64,000 nt of DNA from Bacteroidota bacterium (GTDB lineage: Bacteria; Bacteroidota; Ignavibacteria; UBA10030; UBA8401). Shown in pieces: positions 28,701-36,536 of this stretch (positions within the stretch are counted from its first letter, which is position 1; each line of letters opens with the position of its first letter). The notes beneath the pieces are model-generated. The model made no database searches. It was not told the origin of the DNA and worked only from the letters and a program-made list of their open reading frames with translations. A program made the position numbers and the translations under genes. Location of the stretch: assembly GCA_030679145.1 (NCBI GenBank), contig JAUXTU010000118.1, positions 17,679 to 81,678 on the forward strand, read 5' to 3'.

Positions 28701-31103
28701 CACCGGCGTCGTTGACTCTTCTTTAACTTTTAGTTTTAATAAATTTGGTTCTATCAAGAATGCAGTACTATCAGATATGTTTGTTATTGTTACTGAATCT
28801 TTGAATATGCTTAGAAGAGGTGTTGGTTGTTGGTAAATACTCCAAGATTGTAAAAAAACGTTTGACGGTTCCATTTTTTTATATGTGATTTGAAGAGTAT
28901 CATCAATATTTGCAAAAATACTGTTTTGTGTAAATAAATAATATGACCGCAGTGATCGTTGATCACTCATCCCACTCATAATTCCATTCTCATCCAGTGC
29001 AATAACCCGATAAAAAACAAACTCCGGAAATTTGTTTCCTGTTTTGAGGATAAATTTATTTGTTGTAACGGTATCAACAATAACACTATCTGCAAAAGAA
29101 AATCCTCTAATATTACTGCCAAGGATAATAAATTTATTTGGGGTTTTCCCGTTAAGATTCACATCCCACACTAATGATAAAGAATCTCCTGACTCAACGG
29201 TTCTCAAATTCAAGGGAATTCCAGGAGCATTAATTGTAAAACTCCAAGTGTTACTCCACGCGCTAAACACTCCGTCAGAATTTTTTGTTGCTACTCTCCA
29301 ATAGTACTTCGTATTGGGTACAAGCAAACCGAGCTGCGGAATCTTCCACTTATTCACGACACCATTACCTGCTTGTCGAGAGAATTTATTAAATGTCGAT
29401 GATACCGGAAAAAGAAAATCAGGACGCTCACTGACTTGAATATGATAGTCTGCAATATTGCCTGCTGAAATCCCCGATGGAATTTCCCATTGAAATTCAA
29501 ACTGAGTTGAATTAACAACACTATTATTTGGCGGGAATATTTCTTGACTTGGTGCAGGCGGCACCGTGATTGAATCGATTGAAATATACGTATGTGAATA
29601 TTGCAATCCAGAAAGATCTGATCCATCTGTACTATACAATTTGAAATCGTTTAATCCAGTTTTGAACCGAGGGAAGGCGTTCGGATTGAATTGAAAAGAA
29701 AAATCGATTGAAACTGAGTCGATGCCAAAATGCGAGGATGAATCAACCCACTCAAATTTTAAAAAGAATGCATGTGTTATCGGTGTGCCTACAGGATGTA
29801 TTTGTGAAAAGAGATTGATTGATTGTTGATCACTTCCATTTCCTAAAGGAATGAAACTAAGAATCTGTGTAAAAGTACTGTCATATTCCTTCCGAAAATA
29901 TACTCTAACATTTCCTGAACTTGTATCACTGAAATACTTGAAAAATATATTCGCATCGGTAATTGCCATTGGATTGGCACATCGAATGGTAAAACTTGAA
30001 ACTGAATTTGTGTCAATACTTTTAATGGCGCTGACAGTGTCCTGCTGTTGATGGAAAATGTTTACAGTATCAATTATTTCTTCCCAAAACGATGCTATTG
30101 ACGGTGAATAAATTTGCAATCCAAGAGATGAAGTAGGAGGTGCTTGCGGGGGATTTGAGTTAAATGATGGGTCAGTATGAAAAAACGAATAATACTGCTC
30201 CGGAAAATTCTTAAAAGGAAACTCTATTTTTTCCGATGGTCGTAAAACCAATGATATAGAATCAAGGTCGACCCACGAATAATTCCAAACATCTAAATTT
30301 GATGAGTAAAAATATGAGATCGGTGTATCTTTATATGCTTCAATGAAAGGAAAACCAAGATGATGATAGCGACGAACAATATCCTGGTCATTATCAATAT
30401 CATAAAATCCAAGAATTTTACTGTTTAGCCTGTCTTTGTAAATAACATTCATATCAGGATCAAAAAGTAGTTCTCTGCCTGACCCTAACAATACTCTGCC
30501 AATAGTATGTCGACCGCCGCCAATAATTTTTATTTGTGCATTGTATCCATAGTGCGTTAATATGGATGCCATTAATTGTGAGACATTTTCACAATACCCA
30601 CTCCCAAACGTATTGTAGGTCATAATCGGTTTTGTACGTGGATCACTGTTGGAGGAGCTTGTACTAACAAGCCAGTGGTAATAATTATTCTTTAAAAATG
30701 ATAAGACCGCTTGAAGAGTGTCTTCAACAGTGAATAAACTATCTAATGGAATTTGAGAGGTAAGATCATTAAATCCGTAGATCATGCTCTGTCCGTTAAT
30801 TTCAACTTGGGGATTTCTGATTGTACTATTCCCTGTGTTTTCAAGAACGAACTTGAGATTAGGTTCTGCACCATTCGCTCTTCCAAAATTCAGTGCACTC
30901 CCAATTGTGTCGAAAAGGGACTCCTGTTGATATCGCCTGGAAGAAAATCCATCCACTCCACCGGGCAGTGACAGACTCAAAGAGGTATCTTTTCCAAAAA
31001 CCTTCCAACTGTTTTGAATAGTTTGAGAAAACAACATATCAGTCGGTATAAGGACAAATAGACCAATGCAGAAAGAAAGTAATATGTGTTTTTTGATTAT
31101 CAT
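22713..31103 (-). CDS. Giant T9SS-secreted surface protein: transglutaminase-like domain, FN3-like domains, 18 cadherin/He_PIG-like repeats, type A CTD
   Basis: Signal peptide; GSGYCEN...GRHTIG...LFDPD; 18 repeats of NHxP...ED..Y...P.WL.ID..TG...GTP; C-terminal YQNYPNPFNPTTTIRF...SSGVYY...KKLVLIK. Confidence 0.9.
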   Translation of the reverse strand: MIIKKHILLSFCIGLFVLIPTDMLFSQTIQNSWKVFGKDTSLSLSLPGGVDGFSSRRYQQESLFDTIGSALNFGRANGAEPNLKFVLENTGNSTIRNPQVEINGQSMIYGFNDLTSQIPLDSLFTVEDTLQAVLSFLKNNYYHWLVSTSSSNSDPRTKPIMTYNTFGSGYCENVSQLMASILTHYGYNAQIKIIGGGRHTIGRVLLGSGRELLFDPDMNVIYKDRLNSKILGFYDIDNDQDIVRRYHHLGFPFIEAYKDTPISYFYSSNLDVWNYSWVDLDSISLVLRPSEKIEFPFKNFPEQYYSFFHTDPSFNSNPPQAPPTSSLGLQIYSPSIASFWEEIIDTVNIFHQQQDTVSAIKSIDTNSVSSFTIRCANPMAITDANIFFKYFSDTSSGNVRVYFRKEYDSTFTQILSFIPLGNGSDQQSINLFSQIHPVGTPITHAFFLKFEWVDSSSHFGIDSVSIDFSFQFNPNAFPRFKTGLNDFKLYSTDGSDLSGLQYSHTYISIDSITVPPAPSQEIFPPNNSVVNSTQFEFQWEIPSGISAGNIADYHIQVSERPDFLFPVSSTFNKFSRQAGNGVVNKWKIPQLGLLVPNTKYYWRVATKNSDGVFSAWSNTWSFTINAPGIPLNLRTVESGDSLSLVWDVNLNGKTPNKFIILGSNIRGFSFADSVIVDTVTTNKFILKTGNKFPEFVFYRVIALDENGIMSGMSDQRSLRSYYLFTQNSIFANIDDTLQITYKKMEPSNVFLQSWSIYQQPTPLLSIFKDSVTITNISDSTAFLIEPNLLKLKVKEESTTPVIFSGRTTTVPNFSRSAYYRKNHFPTILLDSILMLKEDSLFNISNFVTDVDGDQYSISILQLPSWLHYDSIAKTVYGTPKGENVGDTSLVVKAVDRWNTTSIKETKLIIQHTNHTPIIATLSDTLGQEDSLFTSKVYASDVDSLLFGDQLRYFLTIKPSWLSIDSITGILSGIPKPYSVGDTTLTVSVNDQNGGVVQKSFTLHILHTNHTPIFTSVADTTAIEDDVYSYKTKATDQDTLLFSDIIRYRLINKPAWISIDSVTGVISGTPRVQNLYDTLFVVEAYDNVGGLVQQQYQLYITHINHIPEIVSIGSFTVQEDSLYRYKVIVEDPDTLIGDVITYTLTKRPSWLSVNSSGLVSGIPLGKNVGDTIVTVRVSDGKGGIASQSYAIKVSHTNHSPQFVTMADTTAVEDSLYTYNVKANDQDTLLFGDNIRYRLSIKPSWLVVDSISGTIRGTPSGLNVLDTIVAVQSYDNKGGISTQQFILRVEHINHEPEFISTPITTAREDSLYTYQVTATDADQQLFGDTLHYKLSVHPSWMDIDSSTGLITGTPKGKNVGDTVVTVRVRDGKGGLILQTFSVTISHTNHAPVFVTSADTTAVEDSLYTYTVKGSDQDSALFGDVVRYRLIVKPIWLVIDSVTGIITGTPNGLNARDTIVAVQSYDNKGGVSTHSFTLTVEHINHPPLFVSAPDSIANEDSLYIGKMIFTDQDTIFNDQLHFQLIRGPTWMILDTLTGIFSGIPSAKNVGDTLLTIRAKDNNGLFVEHTLPIIVKHTNHNPIISTNTLSDAIEDSLYTTIVQASDQDSALFGDLIRYKLLIKPVWLTIDSITGTISGTASGLSAQDTTVTIQVYDDKGGFTNHSYQLAVNHTNHSPEFAYTLLSGQDSIIAQQSRTSATEDSLFSVMFNVIDPDTTLFEDRIRYSLLIHPSWLTIDSLTGRVFGLPTAKNVGDTTYRVYVTDNNGGVTVSNFPLTIHHINHIPSFVNWNPDTVTVEDEIYIQTSRATDNDTILFGDIVRYRLINKPSWLNIDSTNGTISGTPQVQNLYDTVVIVQAYDNAGGTTTQQYTLHITHVNHIPEIVSTGIFTAQEDTLYRYQVKVEDPDTLVGDVFTFTLTKKPSWLTVSSTGLISGTPRGKNVGTDSLVTVRVTDGKGGIASASYNVKVSHTNHLPQFVSIADTTAIEDSLYTYVVNATDQDTLLFGDYIRYKLLVKPLWLTIDSITGLISGTPSLIHAQDTIVAIQTFDNKGGISTQQYTLKVEHINHLPEFASNPLEQIAEDSLYSYQVIATDQDQLLFNDTLYYRLRVSPQWMSIDSTTGLITGTPRGKDVGDTAVTVRVRDGKGGVILQSFNVTVTHTNHLPVFVTSILPNAIEDTLYTTIVRASDQDSLLFGDQVKYKLVIKPTWLTIDSITGTLSGTSSGLNVRDTTVTVQAYDNKGGTINKTFVLTVQHINHSPVFVSVPDTIGKEDSVYNYRVMALDQDSLLFGDKVLFTFVQAPPFLLIDSLTGLISGIPSLVDSLSGIVMPEKKEIISLRKNHKFLLHSDEDFEKFTEGRKKEETVLNVSDTLEYRSFPMSIKASDDKNGIALQQYTLYVHHTNHAPIFTSVPIINAIEDSNYIYSINVFDRDSKNFADSLTVTPVVLPSWLHFNEDSNTVYGIPQGKNAVDTIVTLKVVDNKSGESIQSFLLNVTNVNHAPIILSSADTTTSEEFEYRYAFHPYDSDAEYGRDSLVIEFISLPSWLKFSSDTLRGVPQYDNVGDTVISLKVTDSKGSTVTQQWNLTITPTYHQPVSFTLYKQSQTDTIALDWNKDLNFLWNRSSDGDYEDTLQYTLHIWGAAVDTILNNLTDTIFAGKIMKLFKTSSRYYWTISVTDGKFTTLANDTISFITSEKVLGVAAWKLLVPTEYIVYQNYPNPFNPTTTIRFGVPKTSDVSIEIYNVIGQRIATIFEHQMDAQYQEIVWNASRYSSGVYYAVIRMKEVNALEKEHKFVKKLVLIK

Positions 31104-31137
31104 TTAAAAAATTGTGGCACCCTGCTCTAATATTCAA

Positions 31138-32238
31138 TTACAGAGTCATTGTAGTAAAGAGTTGCTCATACTGATCGGCAATCTTTTCCCATGTATAATT
31201 GGAAGTAATTCGTTCACGAGCAATCGAACGAAGTGTCTCCAGTCGCGAAGAATCCTTCTCCGTTTCATTTACAACCATAGCAACAGAATCGACATCCTTT
31301 TGAAAGAAGACACCATGTTTTCCATCCAACAATACCTCTCGGCTAAAAACTGTATCGAGCGCAAGAATACCGCAGCCGTAGGCAAGTGCTTTTAGTAATG
31401 TCGGATTTGTTCCACCAAACTCATGACCATGAAAATATGCATACGAATTGCAATAAAGTTCGCGTAGAACATTGGGATCTTTTACATATCCTGGAAACAA
31501 AATTCTGGGATCTGTCGTTTTTTTGATCGACTCCGCATATGCATCCCGGTACGGAACATCACCTACAACCACTAATTTTTTCTTTGAAGTGGATTTTTCG
31601 AATCCCTTTACAATAATATCTGCATTATTATCGGGGATCAATCGCCCAACAATCAAATAATAATCATTCTTTTTCAAACCCATCTGTTCAATCAACTCAG
31701 GATTAGTGCTGTATGCAGGATTTGCACCGTATGCAATAGTTGTTGATGAAGCATTGAACTCTTTCTTATAAATATCGGCCATTCGGTCCGAATCTGAAAT
31801 AACGACATCAAATAATTTTGTAGAAAGCCACGATGAAAAATAAAAGTACTTCGCTCCAAGTCCCTTCCATTTCGGGCGGAGCCATTCCAATCCATCCACA
31901 TTGATCGCTGTTTTCTTTCTTGCAATCGTCGTGATCAATCCAAATGGACCGTTTGCTGAGTTCACATAGAGGACAACATCAACTGATCGGGATACTACAT
32001 GCAAAGTCGATAGAAGACTGTGACTCAATTGACTGATTGATTTAGTCTCAATAGCCGGTAAATATACAAGATCGACACCATTCACAACAGGAGGAAATTC
32101 TTTGAACAGTCCTTTGTGACAGTAAACGGTGATCTTATGCCCTTTTTTGACTAAACGAGTACTTAATTCTGTAACAAACGTTTCATATCCGCTATAAACA
32201 TATGGATAACCACGTGATCCAATAATTGCTATCTTCAT
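31138..32238 (-). CDS. Glycosyltransferase family 4 (DUF1972-type)
   Basis: MKIAIIGSRGYP..YSGYETF, NVDGLEW.R.KW, HGHEFGGTNPTLL. Confidence 0.9.
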   Translation of the reverse strand: MKIAIIGSRGYPYVYSGYETFVTELSTRLVKKGHKITVYCHKGLFKEFPPVVNGVDLVYLPAIETKSISQLSHSLLSTLHVVSRSVDVVLYVNSANGPFGLITTIARKKTAINVDGLEWLRPKWKGLGAKYFYFSSWLSTKLFDVVISDSDRMADIYKKEFNASSTTIAYGANPAYSTNPELIEQMGLKKNDYYLIVGRLIPDNNADIIVKGFEKSTSKKKLVVVGDVPYRDAYAESIKKTTDPRILFPGYVKDPNVLRELYCNSYAYFHGHEFGGTNPTLLKALAYGCGILALDTVFSREVLLDGKHGVFFQKDVDSVAMVVNETEKDSSRLETLRSIARERITSNYTWEKIADQYEQLFTTMTL

Positions 32239-32340
32239 TATTATTCGCAATAAACAGCATTAAAATGATTTTTTAGGAGTATAATATACTGATTTATGCA
32301 CTAATAATAGAGATTTTGTGCACATCCACTATGCATTGCA

Positions 32341-33492
32341 TCACACATTAGAGGAATATAATCTAGAAATGTTTACCAGATATGTTGAAACGCTATAACG
32401 ATTTTGAACACGCTCATAAGCCGCATTCCCAAGGTTCTTTCTCAATGGTTCATTTTCAACACATTGTATTACCCTAGCTGCCATAGCGTTGATATTATTG
32501 GGAGGAACTAAAAATCCGCTTAGCCCGTCTTCTACCATTTGCACAACACCGCCATGAGCATTGGCAATAATCGGTTTGCCGGTTGCCATTGCTTCTAAAA
32601 CAGTGGTTGGAAATGGATCGGGAAGCGTTGAAGGGAGTATGAATATATCAAATCCTGCCAAAAGATCTTTTACATCAGAACGGAACTCTTCGATAATAAA
32701 TTTTTTACCAAGTGCACGTTGATCGACAGATGCTCTGAATTTTGTCATTTCATAGTCTTGTCCCTGGAACGGACTTCCGACAGCAATGAATGTTACATTC
32801 GAAGTACGTTTACATACTTCTGTCGCAACATTCAAAAACAGATCTTGTCCTTTCCAGTGGCTCACACGGCCAATCATTCCAACCAGAACTTCATCGTCAC
32901 CTACGGAAAACTCAGTCCGAATCTTTTTCCTGTTGCCGTTCAAGTACTTTTCTATCTCTAGTCCATTATGAATAACAATCGAATGATTCCGGATCAATGG
33001 TTGGTCAATCGCGAGATTATCAATCACACTGTTAGAAACACCGATCACCGTCGTACCAAAATGATGGAGAAAGAATGATATTACTTTCCTCACGATAACA
33101 GGATTCACAATAATTTCCCGAACATGCCAGAGATGTTTCTTTCCGGTTAATTTAGCGGCAACTCCTCCAACCAGAACAGCAGCGGTATTTGAATGAAGAA
33201 AATCAATTTTCCTCGTTCGAATGATCGATAGAACTTTGATCAACGCCGTGATAAATCCATATGCGAACTGAAACAACCCAATCGGTGTAAATAATTTCCG
33301 TCGAATAATACCAAGATCAAATATAAATGTTTCAATTCCTTCTTTACGAAGTTCGTCGACTAACGGTCCATTGTACGGCAGGCAAACAAACGGTGTGTAT
33401 TGCTTTTTATCGAGAGCACGAATTGTACGGAGTAAACTTCTGTCGGAACCGTATAGATCACTGCTGGAATGCAGATAAAGGATATTTCTCAT
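32341..33492 (-). CDS. Glycosyltransferase family 4
   Basis: LYGSDRSL, WHVRE, KGQD, PDPFPTTVLEAMA.G.P. Confidence 0.9.
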   Translation of the reverse strand: MRNILYLHSSSDLYGSDRSLLRTIRALDKKQYTPFVCLPYNGPLVDELRKEGIETFIFDLGIIRRKLFTPIGLFQFAYGFITALIKVLSIIRTRKIDFLHSNTAAVLVGGVAAKLTGKKHLWHVREIIVNPVIVRKVISFFLHHFGTTVIGVSNSVIDNLAIDQPLIRNHSIVIHNGLEIEKYLNGNRKKIRTEFSVGDDEVLVGMIGRVSHWKGQDLFLNVATEVCKRTSNVTFIAVGSPFQGQDYEMTKFRASVDQRALGKKFIIEEFRSDVKDLLAGFDIFILPSTLPDPFPTTVLEAMATGKPIIANAHGGVVQMVEDGLSGFLVPPNNINAMAARVIQCVENEPLRKNLGNAAYERVQNRYSVSTYLVNISRLYSSNV

Positions 33493-33493
33493 G

Positions 33494-34435
33494 TCATTTT
33501 GTCAATGAAGATTGATAAAGGAATTGCCTTTTCAATCCTTCGGCAAGACTGATATGTGGTTGATACTGCAGATCACTCTGCGCTTTACTGATATTTGCTC
33601 TGGTCTTTGAAACATCACCACTTTGCTTTTCAATATATTTAATATTCAATTTTTTACCTGCAATTTCCTGCAACAGATTCAACGCATCGTTTAACGAAGC
33701 AAGATTTGTTCCGCCAAGATTATACACCTCTCCCGCTCTACCACGATTTGCTGCTGCGATACAACCGTTAACAATATCCTCAACGTACGTAAAATCTCTT
33801 ACCTGTGTTCCATCGCCATAAACGACAAATTCATTGCCGTTGATCAATGCTTCAACAACCCGTTGAAATGCCATATCGGGGCGTTGACGCGGACCAAAAA
33901 CGGTAAAGAATCGTAACGACGTTACTGGAACGCCAAAATTTGCGCGATACGAATTCACCAGATGCTCTCCAGCAAGTTTGGTCACACCGTACGGAGAGAA
34001 TGGAGTAGGAACATCTGTCTCCGTAAGAATATCACGGTCCACATTCCCATACACTGACGATGAAGAAGCATAAACCAGTTTTTGGAGCGAAATATTTTTA
34101 ACTGCTTCAAGCAACCGTTGAGTTGCACGAATATTGTGATCAACATATTCGTCGAAATCTTTTCCCCAACTCAACCGAACCCCAGGCTGCCCTGCAAGAT
34201 GATAGATAACGGTGATATTGTTTAGTAAGGATGCAATGTCCATTTGGTTCAAATTTCCTTCAACAAATCGGAACGATTGATGCTTCCGTAAAATTTCCAA
34301 ATTCTTTCGTTTTCGTTCAACCGGATAATACGGTGTTAACATATCGATCCCTACCACCTGCTCACCGCTCAGCAGTAATTTTTCCGTTAAATGCGAACCA
34401 ATAAAACCTGCACAACCAGTTACTAAAATAGCCAT
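33494..34435 (-). CDS. NAD-dependent nucleotide-sugar epimerase/dehydratase (UDP-glucuronate 4-epimerase-like)
   Basis: TGCAGFIGS, HLAGQPGVR, ASSSSVYG, YGVTK, RFFTVFGPRQRPDMA. Confidence 0.9.
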   Translation of the reverse strand: MAILVTGCAGFIGSHLTEKLLLSGEQVVGIDMLTPYYPVERKRKNLEILRKHQSFRFVEGNLNQMDIASLLNNITVIYHLAGQPGVRLSWGKDFDEYVDHNIRATQRLLEAVKNISLQKLVYASSSSVYGNVDRDILTETDVPTPFSPYGVTKLAGEHLVNSYRANFGVPVTSLRFFTVFGPRQRPDMAFQRVVEALINGNEFVVYGDGTQVRDFTYVEDIVNGCIAAANRGRAGEVYNLGGTNLASLNDALNLLQEIAGKKLNIKYIEKQSGDVSKTRANISKAQSDLQYQPHISLAEGLKRQFLYQSSLTK

Positions 34436-34467
34436 ATCGTATATATCCTATTATTCAATGTGATTGT

Positions 34468-36324
34468 TTATTCAAAATATCGTTCATACCAAAGATCAAA
34501 ACTCAACAGTGTCCAAAGCATATAGTAGTAATTATACCGACCTGAAAAATGAGCATCCATTATTGAATGCACATAATCGACATTGATGAAACCGTAACGG
34601 CTCAGACGCTCTTTGCTTAAGTGTTGTTGAAGCATCGGTTTTAATTCTTTACGAAACCATTCATTCAACGGAAGATCAAATCCCTGTTTCGGACGATCAA
34701 ACAACGTTTTGGGAAGATTCTTATACAAAATCTTTTTCAATAAGTATTTCTGTTCACCATTTCTGACTTTATACTGAAGCGGTAAACCCAATCCAAATTC
34801 AACCAAACGGTAATCAAGAAAAGGTGCACGCGCTTCAAGCGATACCGCCATGCTTGTCCTGTCAACCTTCGTTAAAATATCATCAGGCAAATATGTTTTA
34901 AAATCAACCATGTTTGGGTACATCAATTCGTCAGTAACAAAGTTCCTGAAATCTTTCGTAAATAATGATGGCTGATGTACTATGTGATGGTTCATCAATT
35001 TCTGCAAATCGTTCCGTTTAAACATACCGCTCAAATAATCATAACAATCTTCAAGCGAAGAGTACTGCAGACCCTGCGCCCCTTTTTGAATAATATCGAC
35101 AGGAATTTTTTCAAAAGCATGGAAAATTGCTTTGCGGACTGCTGCCGGAATGACATTGAATGTTCGCGCAGCGGCATATTTTTTATACCGTGAATAACCC
35201 CAAAACAGTTCATCACCGGCATCGCCCGAAAGTGCAACCGTTACTTTGCTTCGAGCAAGTTTTGAAACGAGATATGTCGGGATCGATGACGGATCTGCAA
35301 ATGGTTCATCAAAATGATCTGCAAGCAGTTCGATCGAATCAAATATTTCCTCGGGACAAACGATCAATTCTTCATGATCTGTCCCCAATGCCGATGCAAC
35401 CGCTTTCGCAAAAGGAGCTTCATTATATCGATGATCGGTGAATCCAATAGAAAATGTTTTTACATGTGAACTCTGTTTTACCATTGATGAAACCACAACA
35501 CTTGAATCGATCCCGCCGCTCAAAAAAGCGCCAACCGGAACATCGCTGATCATTCGGTACCGAACGGAAGAATCGATCAATTGCTCCAGTTCGTTTTCGT
35601 AATCCTGTTCACTCCGTTCATGTCCATTCCGTTGAGAGTAAATAAGTAACGGATCCCAATATTGGTGCATTTGTAATACACCGTCGAGAGTTATCGTTAG
35701 TGTATTCCCCGGAAGTAACTTAAACATATTTTTAAATATCGTTCGGGGAGCAGCGATGTACTTGAATGCAAAATATTGTTCAACAGCACTCATATCCATT
35801 TCTTTCCGAACGTACGGATACTTTAGGATCGCTTTTATTTCAGAAGCAAAAACGAAATGTCTTTTATCAAAGTAATAGTGAAGCGGTTTAACTCCAAGCC
35901 TGTCTCGTGCAATAAATAGTATTCTCTTCTTTTCATCAAATATTGCAAAAGCAAACATTCCGTTGAACCGTTCAACGCATTGTGTCCCCCATTCATCATA
36001 CGCATGCAGAATCACTTCCGTATCACCGGTGCTGATAAACTTCCGTCCTCTCGATTCTAACTCTGCTCGAATTTCTTGGAAGTTATATATCTCACCGTTA
36101 AAAATAATTTTGGAATGGAGTGATGCTACCGACATCGGCTGATGACCAAGCGGCGACAGATCGAGAATGCTTAACCGGCGATGTCCTAATCCGATATTTC
36201 GCTCCTGCCAATAACCATGGTCATCCGGGCCGCGATACGCTATCGTATCGGTCATGGCACGAAGCACTTCTAATGAAGGCGTTTCATTCTCGACAAAAGA
36301 AATATATCCGGTGATTCCGCACAT
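34468..36324 (-). CDS. asnB: Asparagine synthase (glutamine-hydrolysing) family amidotransferase, probably glycan-modifying
   Basis: MCGITG, RGPD, GHRRLSILDL, FNGEIYN, LSGGIDSS, DEPFAD, KVDRTSMAVSLEAR.PFLD; located inside the glycan locus. Confidence 0.92.
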   Translation of the reverse strand: MCGITGYISFVENETPSLEVLRAMTDTIAYRGPDDHGYWQERNIGLGHRRLSILDLSPLGHQPMSVASLHSKIIFNGEIYNFQEIRAELESRGRKFISTGDTEVILHAYDEWGTQCVERFNGMFAFAIFDEKKRILFIARDRLGVKPLHYYFDKRHFVFASEIKAILKYPYVRKEMDMSAVEQYFAFKYIAAPRTIFKNMFKLLPGNTLTITLDGVLQMHQYWDPLLIYSQRNGHERSEQDYENELEQLIDSSVRYRMISDVPVGAFLSGGIDSSVVVSSMVKQSSHVKTFSIGFTDHRYNEAPFAKAVASALGTDHEELIVCPEEIFDSIELLADHFDEPFADPSSIPTYLVSKLARSKVTVALSGDAGDELFWGYSRYKKYAAARTFNVIPAAVRKAIFHAFEKIPVDIIQKGAQGLQYSSLEDCYDYLSGMFKRNDLQKLMNHHIVHQPSLFTKDFRNFVTDELMYPNMVDFKTYLPDDILTKVDRTSMAVSLEARAPFLDYRLVEFGLGLPLQYKVRNGEQKYLLKKILYKNLPKTLFDRPKQGFDLPLNEWFRKELKPMLQQHLSKERLSRYGFINVDYVHSIMDAHFSGRYNYYYMLWTLLSFDLWYERYFE

Positions 36325-36374
36325 TAATTGTAATATCCTATCTTATTAGCATCTCTAATAACCAAAAAATGTTT

Positions 36375-36510
36375 GTCATTGCTCCAAGGGAGTCCCTTCG
36401 GGACGAGCTGTTCTTTGGCGAAGCAATCTTGTTTTTATATCGTTAATTGAAAGATTGCTTCGGTCGCTTCCGCTTAAAAGATGGCGAACAAGTCGTTCCC
36501 TCGCAATGAC
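36375..36510. repeat. REP-like inverted pair (GTCATTGCGAG...GCAATCT / AGATTGC...CTCGCAATGAC), copy 1, with two nested insertions
   Basis: GTCATTGC[22 nt]GAGCTGTTCTTTGGCGAAGCAATCT...AGATTGCTTCGGTCGCT[24 nt]TCGTTCCCTCGCAATGAC. Confidence 0.85.
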
Positions 36511-36536
36511 ATTTTTTTTGTTTAAGAAATACATCT

